The position numbers were made by a program, and so were the translations under genes. A stretch of DNA of 64,000 nt from Eledone cirrhosa. Lineage: Eukaryota. Below, one piece after another: positions 22,496 to 35,873 of this stretch (position 1 is its first letter; the number at the start of each line of letters is the position of its first letter). The notes under the pieces were generated by a model that did not search any database, was not told the origin of the DNA, and saw only the letters and a program-made list of their open reading frames with translations. The stretch covers positions 101,866,001 through 101,930,000 of the forward strand of contig OZ024745.1 in assembly GCA_964016885.1 (NCBI GenBank), given 5' to 3'.

Positions 22496-23469
22496 TGTTT
22501 ACATGCCAACACAAGAGCAAGAATGAGAGGCTCATACTACTGACATGGCTTTAAAAGTGAGGCTTGTTTGCATAATTGCAAACGAATCGAATGTTATTAT
22601 TAATATTCAAAAAACTCAGATTACATTTATATATATATATCCAAACCCATGCAAGCATGGAACATGGACGTTAAACGATGATGATGATATATATATACGA
22701 TGGTTGGTAGTAGGAAGGGCATCCAATCATAGAAATATTGCCAAACAATGGGTTCTGAGGACCCTCACTAGTGTCTAAGGCATGCAACCTCTCCTGAGCA
22801 CTCAGTGGAATGTGAGACTCTACATAAGTGAGACACAGGTCCCCGGCCTTCTTGCGAAACCAGTGGCACCACTTCAGTACTGACTTGGTATATAGGGACC
22901 TGTCCAAACCTTGCTAGCAGAGAAAGTGGATGTTAAAACGATGATGTTGATCATATATATATTAAGATACTTAGTTTTTTTAGGGAGGTTTCTTTCCAAG
23001 TAAATGTGTAATCTTATATTTTTGTTTCTGATAATATACAGTATTTAATAATGTTATTCTGTCTTAAATTAAGAATAACATAAACATTAATTAAATATAA
23101 TGTATTGAAACATATGTAAAACAAGTAAATGATTTGAAAGAATTATTTTCTGTCTTTTTATATATGACCCTGTGATAAACGGGCAAAACTCCAGAGTAAC
23201 AAGACTCTATTTAGTCTTAATAAAATGAATATATATATAATAAGAAGAATAATGTAACAAAGCTAACAAATAGGACCAACACAGCTTCAGATGTTTTCTT
23301 GCTCAATAATTTAAGTCAATATCATTAAGACACCAACCCAAGAAAATTAGTGCACACTTATAAGTTAATTAGTGAGAAAATATAAATAATAATGTTATGC
23401 TGTACTTCTGAATATAGCCATAGATTTCTAGCTAATACTAGTGTATAGACAGCATGGCTATTTAGTTAA

Positions 23470-23686
23470 CCCTTTAGCATTTACATTACTCTGTATAAAC
23501 TATTATATTTTCACAGTAAAGGCCTTATCTTACATAATATCTCACTTAATATTGAATCTATGAGATTTTGATATTTATTTTGAGAACAATACCTTAAAGT
23601 CGGGATAAGTGGCCAGTTGGGGCCAGCTTAAACAGAAAGAGGTAAGAGAATTCTGGCCGGATATGGCCAGTTTAAATGTTAAAGGG
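23470..23686. mobile_element. piggyBac-type MITE (family A) nested in a SINE head
   Basis: TTAA|CCCTTTAGCATTTA...TAAATGTTAAAGGG|TTAA. Confidence 0.8.
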
Positions 23687-23983
23687 TTAAGGAAGAGATT
23701 TCATGTTCAGTCCCACTGTAGAGCACGTTGGGTATGTCTTCTACTATTGCCACAGGCTGACCAATGCCTTATGAGTGAAATGTGGTAGATGGAAACTGTG
23801 AAGGAGACCACCGTATATATATATATTTATATATATATATTAAAGTGTTAAACGATATTCAATGATTATGTCAAAGAATGAGTTTTACAGTAGATTGGAA
23901 GCACTCTACGGAAAATAATTTTCCGGAGTTATTAATATTAATATATAAATATTAATAAAATAGATGTTCTTTTGATCAATTAC

Positions 23984-24036
23984 ATTTTATTATACATATT
24001 TCGGATGTACAACAGTACGTCCTCATCAGACAAAAT
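23984..24036 (-). ncRNA. Type-I hammerhead ribozyme (left arm)
   Basis: Exact reverse complement of 25646-25698. Confidence 0.85.
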
Positions 24037-25645
24037 ATAATGATACATGACATACCCTGAGATGTTAAATGGTTAAGATTTAATCAAGGTAGTGAGAAAA
24101 TTTTACATATATAGCCTAATTATGAGAAAATGCAAAAACGTAATAAATACATTAGAGAATGTGTGAGTAATGAAAAACGTTGCTTACTGTAACTGTTCTA
24201 AAGGTTTTTAAATGTATGATACTACGATATATCTACGAAAACGTCTCATGAATCATAACAGCCAGTGATAGCCACTGGAAAAGGATTTATAAAGATGGAA
24301 AGAAAAGGGGGGGGGGTGATATATGCAGAAGGAGATTTTTTCCGAAAGTTAAACGGTTAAATTTGAAAATATTTAATTTATAATATTAGGGTGAAGACTC
24401 CAGATTTCAGGATTATTTGCTGGTTATTTATATATTATTTTTATAAATTCAAATAAATTCTATATTTGAATCATATATATACAAATGTGGTAGGTATATT
24501 TTAAAATATTTAAAAATATATAAAATATAATATATAACTACATACATATTATAGTACATTATATTATAAATATTTCTATATATATTATATTATAAATATT
24601 TCTATATATTATAAATATTTCTATATATATGATTCAAATATAGAGAAAATATCCAAACTAAAAATTATTATAGACATTATTTTGAACTCTGAATTATCCA
24701 TGCACTCATTATTGTTTTTTCTTATATATATATATATGTATTTAAATGTAACATGTTGAACTCTGCTTTATAAAATTATAACTGTTATCATTTACCTAAA
24801 GTATACTACACTACTAATACCTAATATATATCTATATATATACCTTCCTATATCTAATAATATGTTGATATCTTGGTTGAAGAATAATTAGTACATTTAC
24901 ACCCAGTTATACATAGGTGTATATTTATCCTTAACATGCCTCAATCCATTATCTTATTTTATTTTTATCTTCGTTGTTATTATTTACCTTAAACATACTG
25001 GCTCATTAATATATACCTATATACATAATAGTTATTTAAATATTTATAACAATAAGTACTTCAAAAGCTTTACATACCTAATATGTTGGTATCTTTGTTA
25101 AAGTTTAAATTTTGGTAAATAATCAACAGTATAATATTTCATTTTTTATGTGCCAGCTAAATCCTTTACATGTTACCCTCATAAAATTCAGAAGCTTAGA
25201 AATGATAACACACTTATCGAATTTATAAAAATAATATATAAATAACCAGCAAATAATCCTGAAATCTGGAGTCTTCACCCTAATATTATAAATTAAATAT
25301 TTTCAAATTTAGCCGTTTAACTTTCGGAAAAAATCTCCTTCTGCATATATCACCCCCACCCCCTTTATATTTCCCTCTTTATAAATCCTTTTCCAGTGGC
25401 TATCACTGGCTGTTATGATTCATGAGACGTTTTCCTAGATATATCGTAGTATCATACATTTTAAAAACTTTAGAACAGTTACAGTAGACAACGTTTTTTC
25501 TTACTCACACATTCTCTAATGTTTTTATTACGTTTTCGCATTTTCTCATAATTAGGCTACATATGTAAAATTTTCTCTTGGGTTAATCATTACCTTGATT
25601 AAATCTTAACCATTTAACATCTCAGGGTATGTCATGTATCATTAT

Positions 25646-25698
25646 ATTTTGTCTGATGAGGACGTACTGTTGTACATCCGAAATATGTATAATAAAAT
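25646..25698 (+). ncRNA. Type-I hammerhead ribozyme (right arm)
   Basis: ATTTTGT-CTGATGA-GGA C GTAC TGTT GTAC A TCC-GAAA-TATGTA-TA-ATAAAAT. Confidence 0.88.
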
Positions 25699-25743
25699 GT
25701 AATTGATCAAAAGAACATCTATTTTATTAATATTTATATTTTA

Positions 25744-25775
<32 letters not shown>

Positions 25776-25968
25776 CCATGTCTGTTTATATTTGCTATTT
25801 GTTTATGCACCATAACTTAGTTGTTTGGCAAAAAAGATATTGATAAAATAAGTACCAGACTTGAAAAAAATAAGTGCTGGAGTCAATATGATTGACTAAA
25901 TCTCTTCAAGGCAATGCCGCAGTATGGACTCAATCTAATGACTGAAAGAAGTAAAATATAATATATAA

Positions 25969-26536
25969 CTAGCAGAGGTACCCGGCGTTGCTCAGGTATT
26001 AAATAGCAGTTATGTATACCATTTATGTCAATACTTCAGTGCTGCTTCGAAAACTATACTTTTACAAAATCATCAGCTTTTTCCAAAAGTGGGTTCCTCT
26101 CCCCAGGGGTCCCCTACTCAATATGTGCCAATTCTGTGAGTTCATTCATCTGTAGAACAAACGTAGCCCATGTGTCAAGTTTTGTGAAAATCGGTTGCGA
26201 ACTCCAGAAGTTATGACGTTTTGTTGCATTGCACTGCAGTGCTTCAGTCGACTTCAAGGAAGTGGTGAAAGGAGGTTATCTGCTTGGAAGCCCTATAATC
26301 AATATCTGGAAAAATGAAAGAGCCCATGACCATTCGGAGTACATAAGTAACCTATGTCTTAAGTTTGGTGAAAATACTGTAGAAATGCATAAAGTTTACA
26401 CACACACACGCATTGACCAGCCTTGGTAAATTTGGAGCACATTGGAAAAAAAAATCATCGAAATCGGTAGAGAAATGTGGAAATGCATAAAAATCATACA
26501 CACACACACAGACAGACATCTTCCGTTTTATATATA
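25969..26536 (-). mobile_element. Non-autonomous Helitron
   Basis: A|CTAGCAGAGGTACCCGGCGTTGC end and CAGACAGACATCTTCCGTTTTATATATA end resemble 16251-17146. Confidence 0.8.
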
Positions 26537-27380
26537 CTAGCTGACATACCCAGCTTCGCCCGGGTAAACAGATGATAAGAGAAAATGACTGTATTGGATG
26601 TTTGTCTGGTTACAGTATGAAGCGAGTCCGTGGTGTCTGTGTGATACAGAAAACAGTAAAAAACAATCTTCCAGATATACCAGATTCTTTGTTGTACCGT
26701 TTGTGCATAGTATATGAACAATTCTAGGTGCTCCCACCTAGAATAGTGACCTCTAGGAGATGGTTTATCTTCTGCCTGACTGTAAAATGTGTATCATTGC
26801 ATAGACGTGGTTGTTCCACGTTTCTCAAAAGGATGATGGAAGTTCCAATCTTTTATATTATATGTAGATATACATATATATAATTCATATAAAAGATGAT
26901 GCTCAGCCAGTTCGTCTTCAACCATCGCAGCACGCCGTCACTGCTTTGCTCCAGTGTTTCGTTGGCATTGCTTAGCCAGCTCCTCTTCATTCATGGCGAC
27001 ACGTCTTCACCTCTAAAGTTCGGCGTTCCGATGGCGCTGTTCGGCCCGTTTTTCTTCATTGCTGGCTGCAGGCCGTCGCCGCTGTAGTTTACTGTTTGAT
27101 AAAGTCGAATTGAGTTTACTTTCTGTGGAACGCTGCATGCACGCACGCACACACATAAACATACGCGCACGTACATACACACGCCCACATGGTAATAGTT
27201 ACAGCGTTTACTTTGCCTCTCTGTTTCTTACTCTCCCCTCTCACTCCCTCATTGGCATTATGCGTATTAATTTAAGTTTGGCGTCGTTGAGGTGGGCGGA
27301 GTCGTTTGAAACCTATGAACCAATGATAATCGAGAATTATGACACACGGAATACTGACATTGTTGAAATTAATATATAGA
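26537..27380 (-). mobile_element. Second non-autonomous Helitron, adjacent to or nested in the terminus of the first
   Basis: Minus 3' end CCCGG-GCGAAG-CTGGG hairpin then CTAG; 5' end TCTATATATT. Confidence 0.7.
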
Positions 27381-27413
27381 TAGAGATAATGTCATAGAAA
27401 GATGAAAAAGATG

Positions 27414-27457
27414 AGACAAACTAGTTTCACTCCTGAGTTGAGATTTCATCAGTGACT
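27414..27457 (-). ncRNA. Probable minimal type-I hammerhead ribozyme
   Basis: Minus AGTCA-CTGATGA-AATCTC AACTCAG GAGT-GAAA-CTAG-TT-TGTCT; palindromic stem III AACTAGTT. Confidence 0.6.
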
Positions 27458-28135
27458 AAGTACACTTTTTAAGCATTGGCATGAAAACTCACTATTACCA
27501 TGGACTTAAATAAACTGCAATGATCAATCTGCATACATAATGTATTCCTGGCAGCTAGTTCTATTAATATATTACTTGTGCATTGGCAGTGTTTTGTTCC
27601 AATGCTATATTATACTAAAGATTATATCTATAGATTTCTAACTATCTATTTATGCATTGACTCATGGCACCTGACAATGCACAGAGACCAACCTATTTAA
27701 AACAGTGGTTTATGAAAGATAAAAGCTGAAGTGTTACTCCTTCATCAGTATCTGGAATCCATTTTGGCCTAAACAGCTGCCATTGAATTATATTTTCTGT
27801 TTGTTGGCAAGCTCTGAGATTTGTTATAACATGTATAACTGAAGAATTATTGATGTAGTATGCTCTGTTTATTCATTTTACAGTAATGTCTATTTAAAAA
27901 TTAATCAACTGAAACTCTGTTGTAAGTTGAAGATGAACTTAAAGTTATTATCTTCTGTGTTTCCTAAATTAAATAGTATTGCTATTCCATTAACTATGCT
28001 AGTTTCCACATTATTTGTAACTTTAATTTTAGAAATTTTCTGAAGAAAATAAAGTTATTTGTCTATTCATCACTGTTTTTATATTGATTGCATCTTTGTG
28101 TTAAATAAATGGAGAATTGATACCTCTACTTTCAG

Positions 28136-28301
28136 ATTGATAAATGGCACCAATGTGACAAACTCTGATGAAAATATGTGGCTTATACCTTTTACACCTG
28201 GCAAACCCCATATAGTTTGTTTTGAATTTCCAGAACCTGTTACAATATCTGGGATTCGTGTTTGGAATTATAACAAAAACCCTGAAGATACATATAGAGG
28301 G
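28136..28301 (+). CDS. KATNIP: Internal coding exon of katanin-interacting protein (KIAA0556, DUF4457 repeat)
   Basis: ttcag|A...GGG|gtaagt splice sites; translates LINGTNVTNSDENMWLIPFTPGKPHIVCFEFPEPVTISGIRVWNYNKNPEDTYRG, matching from memory the KATNIP MWLIPF...WNYNKSPEDTYRG motif. Confidence 0.92.
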
Positions 28302-28977
28302 GTAAGTTGCAATTTTGACCAAGGATTTTTTTTTTTTCTTAGAAAATGAAAACCCGACTCCATAGAAAGATAAGTTCTTTATTCTGACATTTTTCCTTGT
28401 ATTTAGTGCAACTTTTGTCTATATTGCTCCACTTTTTTAGAATTGTTTACCAACCAATATAAAAGTCTTTACTGATTATATAATTTTCCATAATATATTC
28501 AAAATCTTTTATTTGAATTAATCGATTATACTTATAACATTTTCTATTACACCCTGTGTTTTCTAGGCATTTAATGGTTCTATATATATACTTTGATTAT
28601 ACTATGTACTGAATTGTGTTAAAATTGAATTTATAGTAATAGTATATTCATATGACAAAGTCTATTGTTGAGCATTCTCAATAACAGGCTAGCATGAAAA
28701 TGTAACCACAGTATCATTGAGTTAACATTACCAGGTTTCTGCAAATGCAGGGAAAGCAGTCGTTAAAACAACAATGATTTCTAATTGTTGGGTGCAGTCA
28801 TGGTTGTATAATAAAAAAAAAGTCTGATTTGAAGCCATTTTCTATTGGATTTGCTTTGAAACCACATGATCTCCAGTGTGTCTCCCCACTGTGTTACATA
28901 CAATAGCTTTGGATTCAGTTCAATGCCATGGAAGTGAAATTTGGTTGACAGAAACTTTGTGGAAGTTTGTCTTCCCA

Positions 28978-29017
<40 letters not shown>

Positions 29018-32000
29018 ACAGAGAATCAAGTTATAATGTAACTATTAGTCTTTCTGTTATATTTTATCAACCAACAACATTGGTTAAAGATAAAAAGAAA
29101 AAAGAACACCTTTTGTTCCATTGTATGAGCAGCAGTGATTTCTTCAGTAATTGAACTAAAGTTTTGTGATTACTACTAAACATTATTCATTGTCTTTTGA
29201 AATGCGTAACTATGCACTCTAAATGAAAAAGCCTTTACTGCACCTATCTCTTTGCCTGTTCCCACCATTTGTCATCATTTCATATTTTAAAACTTCTTCC
29301 AAATCTAAGCAATTAATCTCCATCTGCAGCTAGGCTGCTTTCAGTGTAGTGAAATACATTATTTTGTTTGTATATAAGTTAATATATCTAGAAAAGGTAG
29401 TGCTATGATTATTACCTACACTTTCAGATTAGTGAGATTGATGTACTTAACACCTGCATAAACATCTTCCAGTCAGTGTGTGCTAAAGTCATGAACAAGG
29501 AAAGAAACAATCTGGTTTAAATGCTTCAACAGAGAGAACTATGCTAAAAGCACTCAATGATCTGGTGGTTGTGTAAGCAAAATTATGGTATCTACAAATA
29601 TACCTAGTAGTCACCAGTGAGTGAACATTGCAGATTTAGCTTGTGAAACCATGTCTTATACAGCATTTCCAATAGCAGAGCTTTCCAAACTGTGTGTCAT
29701 GACACTTTAGTGCATACCCGTAGTATCAGAGCTGTGATCTCTCAATTTGGAGAAATAGTGGCTCTACCTGGGTTGACACTCTGATCTCCAAGTTACACAC
29801 TTTATCAACTAACTTTACTCTAAAGACCCTTCGGAGGTATCCCAAACTCCAGGACTCAAAAGTCCATTAGGTTCTGGGGAAGATGCACAGCAGGCCAAAA
29901 GTGAGATAAGTTGGGGTGTGATTTCCACTATTTATAATGCTAATCAGCATTACAGTTAATAGACTGTTATTCATTATTTTCTTTCATCAAAATAAATACA
30001 TATATGATAGTAAATGCTATATATGAATTAATATTAAAAAATTTGAAAGCCACAACAATGCGAAATGGATGAATAAGAAAATAAGACAAAGAAAGATGCT
30101 ATGTGTTACCTTATTTATGTATCTGTCCTGATATTTCAAGATTAAAGCTCTTCTTTGGAGGGAAATAGCAAGGGACTAGTTTGGGTTCGGTGAAATGTGT
30201 AATACTATAGGCAGTGCTCCAAGCCAACTACAACTTCCTCTAAATTAATATTATATGTAGTGGGGACAAATTCTCTGTTTTAAAATTCTTTTTTCTATTT
30301 TCACATTTGATAAATACTGTTTTTTTTTTTCTATTTTATTGTATCTCATGGGTACATCAAATTGTACATCAAATTGTACTATAAATATTATTAAAACAGG
30401 GAAAATAAGAACAAAATTGTATGTTTTACCATATTTAAAAAAAATAGTAGATATCTTTAACAAAAATTATAAAAGAGCTTTCTTTAATCCAAATCAAGAA
30501 ACAAATTACGTGGAAGAGGCGAGGGACAAATTTCCAAATTTTTAGGAAATATTATTCATGAAAATTGTTCTGCCGCAGGCCATATAGTAGTTGTTAGCTG
30601 GCCGAATGTGGGCTGTGTGTTTGTGATAATCTCAAGGTGTATAATGAAATTAAGTCAAATCTGATTAACATTTACAAATATTTTGGCTGTGAAGTATACC
30701 TGAGATCTAATTAATTTGCACAATATTAGGCATGTGATATATTAAGTTTTTTAATTATTAATTTTGTATATTTGGTGTCACTAATAAATAACTATGTTGT
30801 CAATCTCTACTTTGTTAAGCAACAAATCTCCTCCTCCTCCTCCTTCTCCTTCTTCTTCTTCTTCTTGGCGGGTCATAGGTGCAGAGGCCTCCAGCAAGTC
30901 CTGTCAGAAGCAACTATTTCCAGTTGATCCTCAAATGAGACCAACTGTGCTCATGGATGTTACCCAACCATCTTGCTTGTGGTCTAACCCTGCGGGCTCC
31001 TGCAAGTTGGTTTTGCCCATAAAATCTGTTCATCTTCTCTTAGACATTCTGACCACATGTCCCTAGTTTTGGAGTTGAGATCTCTTATTTCAGTGATAAT
31101 TTACTTGGAGTAGCACTCTTGTCTCTGAGCTACACACTCCACTGAGTAATGTTACTCCAAAGACCTTTCAGAGGAACCCCATTTTGGTCATTTGTATTCG
31201 CAATCATATTCTTTCAGCTTGACAAATATCTAGTGATCTGTTTAATTTTTTGATTGTTTGTAACTGTGTATCACAGTCATTGTTTATTCCAAATACTACA
31301 TCTCAATCTATACAATAAACGCACGCAGTACATGCTATCAAGTGGTTGGTGTCAAGAAGGGCATCCAGACATAGAAAGCTTGCCAAACAAGGGGTTGGGA
31401 GGACCCTTCAGTTTGTGTCAAGAGACATGACAACTTCTCTTCTGCACTCGATATGACTACATAAGCAGGATACAGACACCTCAGTCTATCTGGGAGGTCA
31501 GTAACCTCGGTTGTGTTCTAACTTATCTATATAGACCTATCCAACCCTTGCTAGCAGGGAAAGCAGACATTAAATGTTGTTGATGATGATAATGAATCTG
31601 AACCTGAACAGCTAGGATCATAAGTAACTTGGAACACATAAGGTTGGGTTACAATTCAGCTATCACGATCATTAGCTGATAGCAATTCAAGATTTTATCA
31701 TGCACAAAATACAATGTATGCAGAGCTATTTTATCTCTGCCCAGTGCTTTACAGTAATTAGCTGCAACTTATTCAGTTGATTAGACCCTGCAAAGCCTTG
31801 ATATAGTAGACCCAATATCAAAGGCATTCCACCTGTGACAGGCCAATCATTTTTTTACAGAAACACTTTATTATCCAATGAATCCTGCCTTTTTTTAAAA
31901 GACAATTTAATTTAAGGGAAATTTGACTGCTATTTCTAGCATCTCAAATGACTATATAAAGGTCGCCCACATTAGTTCATCATTTATTTAGGAGATTACT

Positions 32001-32249
32001 AGGGAGGCAATCCATGCAGCTGCAGCTATCTTATCTACAAAAAGACCATGATATAACACATTAACACAGTTGAGTGATGACAGTCAATGGTCAGATTTAT
32101 CAATATTCTATTTTTAATTTTCATTGGTGACTTGAAAGTTGTGCAGTAAAACATTTTGCATGACTAAGTATGCAAATAGCATATGTGTGTGAATGTCATT
32201 CAGCTTTCCCTTCCTGTTATGGAGTTTTTGATTTATATAAATATAGTAG

Positions 32250-32930
32250 ATGTACAGGGAAATTAGACAGTAGAAGTCGCACTGATAGACACATTTTTCA
32301 AATGCAAGAGGGCGCTATAGAAGTGGTGGATAGCTTCCGGTACCTAGGAGATCAGATTAGCATGGAGGGTGTTCCGAGGCCATAGTATCTAGAATAAGGA
32401 CAGGTTGGAAGAAGTTTAAGGAGCTGCTTCCTCTGTTGACGAAGAAGGGTTTCTCCCTGCGTACGAAAGGCCGGTTGTATGATGCCTGTGTGAGGAGCGC
32501 GATGCTGCATGGTAGTGAGACATGGGCAGCAACTGCAGAGGATATGCGACGGCTGGAGAGAAATGAGGCAAGCATGCTCCGTTGGATATGTGTGAACGAC
32601 CCAGCATAAATGTGTTGAGAGAGAAACTGTGTCTGAGAGGGATAGAATGTAGTGTACGGGAGAGGAGACTGAGGTGGTATGGACATGTGATGCGCATGGA
32701 GGATGACTGATGGGTGAAGAAGTGCCAGGAATTGCCAGTTGAAGGAAGACGTGGTAGAGGCAGACCACGAAAAACATGGGCGGAGGTGGTGAGAACAGAC
32801 CTCAGATCATTGAAGCTCACGGTGGAGATGACAAGGGACCGTGACGAGTGGAGAGATGCTGTGCTGAATAAGACCCGTCCCACCCTTGCAAGCAGGGAAA
32901 AGCGGACGTAAAATGATGATGATGATGATC
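32250..32930 (+). mobile_element. 3' fragment of RTE LINE with (ATG)n tail
   Basis: Near-identical to the reverse complement of ~58300-58990; EVVDSFRYLGD, LHGSETW, LRWYGHVMRM, RGRGRPRKTW. Confidence 0.9.
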
Positions 32931-33332
32931 ACCTCTCATACTTATTCAACTAATGTACAGGAGGAACTGATCTGTGAAGCCTTTGGTCACAGGTTTACGG
33001 TCGAGCCTGTAGTGGTGGAGACTTTCAGTGTCCTTGGCCTTAGGGCCAACTCACTACACACCACCACCACAGCAAGCTGGAATCACTCTTCCAGCACATT
33101 TCCCTCATCATCCTCCCGAGAAACACCTCTATTCTGTCTGCCGGGGCCATGGGACGGCCAACATATGGGCTTCCCTTTGCTCATAATAGTGAGAGATGGA
33201 GAAAGGAGGAGAGACTGAGACAGTGACAGTGGTAGTTTGGTTCCTTTGTGTTTGAACATGGTGTATATGTATATATTTATTTACTGCACAACATGTTACA
33301 TAGCTTAATGGTAGGTAGATCTACAACAATAC

Positions 33333-33450
33333 ACCACCACAACCACCACCACCATCTCCATTATCATCACCACCACCACCACCACCATTATCATCACCTC
33401 CACCACCACCACCATTATCATCACCACCACCACCACCACCACCATCATCA
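33333..33450. repeat. (CAC/CAT)n trinucleotide repeat
   Basis: Direct reading. Confidence 0.9.
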
Positions 33451-34141
33451 GCAACAGATAAAGTTATATAGTAATAATTGTTTCTACTTTAGGCACAAGG
33501 CCAGCAATTACCCAGTGTATTACTAATGACAATGATGATGAAGAAGTTGATGTTTTCTTTTTCATTCATTTCCTCCATTTCTCTTTCTTGCTTTTGTCAC
33601 TCTCATCATTATTATAGCTAGCTGGACCCATGGAAATTCCACAGTTGTTGACAACTAACACACAATAATTACTCTGACATATAACATATATTTGTACAAT
33701 CACCTTATTTTGTTAAAGTAATTTATCACCTGTAGATAACTAGATGAGAAAGAAAATGGAATCAATAATAATCAATAACATAACACTATTATATTGTTAT
33801 ATCAATATAATTATTACATCATTGAATCATTTGAATTATTAAACCATTAATTATCATTATCAAAATGTTAATTCATTTATTAGTATTTCCTTAAAACACT
33901 GATTTTAGTGCTAGTTTTCTTTTTTGTTTCCCTTGCTTATTGGCAATACCATAACAAAAATATCAGTTAATTTCCTAGGCCTAAAGAAGGTAATATAACT
34001 AAATGCTGGTTACTGTGAATAAATCACCAGCTTATTAAATGAGCTTTATTAATTGTCATTGAATAAACTAATCTAACTGAAAACTGAGTTTTTTGTAAAA
34101 AGTTTAGTTTATTGGATGACAGTAAATTGCACTAAAGGGCT

Positions 34142-34476
34142 TCATCATTGTTTAATCTCCATTTTCCATGCTAGCATGGGTTAGACAGGTTGTCCTGTTT
34201 CAGACATAACTGTTTCTGGTTTGGTTCCTACGGCTGGTGCCCTTCCTAAAGCCAACCACATTTACAGTTTGTGCTGCATGCTTTTTATCGTGACTACTAC
34301 ATGACCACTACATGACCACTTTATAGTCTGTGCTGGGTGCTTTTTGTCATGACTCCTACATGACCACTTTACAGTGTGTGCTGGGTGCTTTTTGTAGTGG
34401 TACCTACACGACCACTTTACAGTGTGTGCTGGGTGCTTTTTGTAGTGGCACCTACACGACCACTTTACAGTGTGTA
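34142..34476 (-). mobile_element. RTE-tailed SINE fragment with about four ~48-bp tandem units
   Basis: Repeated ACCACTTTACAGTGTGTGCTGGGTGCTTTTTGTAGTGG. Confidence 0.75.
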
Positions 34477-34700
34477 AAATAATTGACATGTTAAATAATT
34501 GATAATTTATATGAAAAAAAAAAAACAATTAGTCTTTACCTTCCCTGCATTAACTCAGCCACCACCATCACCTCCAATATACCTACTGATATTACCACCA
34601 CTTTAACAGCTGTAGCAGTTCTCAGTATATCATATGTATGTGTTGATTATTATGTCTTTAAATAGTGTTCCCTCTAACTGTTATTATTTATGCTCTCTTG

Positions 34701-34884
34701 GGCAGTGGATTGGCAGTATCGGTAGAGGGTCGGACGCCATGCTTTCCAGCATAGTTACGTCCCTTTACGATCTGAGTTCAAATCCCGCCGAGGTTGACTT
34801 TGCCTTTCATCCTTACGGGGTCGATAAAATAAAGTACCAGTAATGCACTGGATAATTGCTGGCCTTGTGCCTAAAGTAGAAACA
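34701..34884 (+). mobile_element. tRNA-derived SINE (Meta-domain-like) with ~20-bp TSD
   Basis: ATTATTTATGCTCTCTTGGG on both sides. Confidence 0.85.
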
Positions 34885-35648
34885 ATTATTTATGCTCTCT
34901 TGGGCCTCTCCCTGCAACTGCACTTTCTTTTTTTTATTTATTTCTTTTTTTTTTTTTTACTCATCTTCCATCTAAATAACATACGTACATAAGCATATTA
35001 ATAATCTTAGATAATTTTTCATGTAATATCTCCATCATCTAGTATCCCTATGGCAAATAAAAGAAATCAATGAGTACTATCATCATCATCATCATCATCA
35101 TCATCATTATCCTTATTATTATTATTAGTAGTAGCAGTAGTATCTGAATATGTCAAACGAGACAATGTAAAAATATATTGCCAGTTACAAAATAGAATTG
35201 AACTCACTACAATTTCTATGTTATTCTTCACTAGTTCTGACTGATTTCAACTACAAAAAAAAAAAAAATCTATTTACTCTGGTATATATATATATTTTTT
35301 TTTTAAATGTTGTTTATTGATTATTGAATTCGTATCTGTGATGGCTGTGGGTGGTTCTATTACATGGAGAGAAATAACATACTACATTGGGTATTAATCA
35401 ATGTTTGCAATATTGTTACTTTTTTTTTATTCTAACATGAAAGGAGGTTATTCTATATACTTTCTAGAATGATAAGCTCTACTGTACAGCAACATGGTAA
35501 TATCAATATTGTGTTGCTTATTAGCTGGCCATGCAACCTGTTAGTAACAGCAAACCAAATTTCCCTTAGATCAAACCATCTTAAACATTTTCATACCAAA
35601 CTTCCTGAAACTGCTACAGGATCTATGATGTAAAATCATTTGCATTAA

Positions 35649-35873
35649 CCCTTTAGCATTTACATTACTCTATATTTACTCTTGTATTTTCACAGTAAAC
35701 ACTTTATCTCATATAATCATCTCACATGATATCGAATCTATGATATTTTGATATTATTTCTTTATTTTGAGAACAATACCTTAACATCAGTATGAACAGC
35801 TGGTTACAGCCAGTTTGAACAGAAAGAGGTGGGACAATTCTGGCCGGATGTGGCCGGTTTAAGAGCTAAAGGG
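35649..35873. mobile_element. piggyBac-type MITE (family A)
   Basis: TTAA|CCCTTTAGC...GCTAAAGGG; homologous to 23470-23686. Confidence 0.75.

Larger units (their letters stand above)
21994..22630. mobile_element. Fold-back element with ~250-bp inverted arms, one hammerhead per arm, flanked by (TA)n
   Basis: Arms 21994-22244 and 22388-22630; 143-bp spacer with three CTGCT(A/G)ATATGCA(A/G)ATC units. Confidence 0.9.
23941..25740. mobile_element. 1.8-kb fold-back element: ~510-bp inverted pLTR-like arms around a ~770-bp AT-rich spacer, one hammerhead per arm
   Basis: Arms ~23941-24450 and ~25219-25740; nested small IR 24459-24480/24623-24644; flanked by (TA)n. Confidence 0.9.

Noticed and set aside
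27718-27752. Minus GATA-CTGATGA-AGGAGTAACACTTC-AGCTTT-TATC
   Set aside because: Lacks GAAA; at best a deleted remnant
28169-28180. CTGATGA inside the KATNIP exon
   Set aside because: Coding sequence (S-D-E) with no supporting stems
33248-33526. Poly-His ORF
   Set aside because: (CAC/CAT)n microsatellite with no splice or homology support
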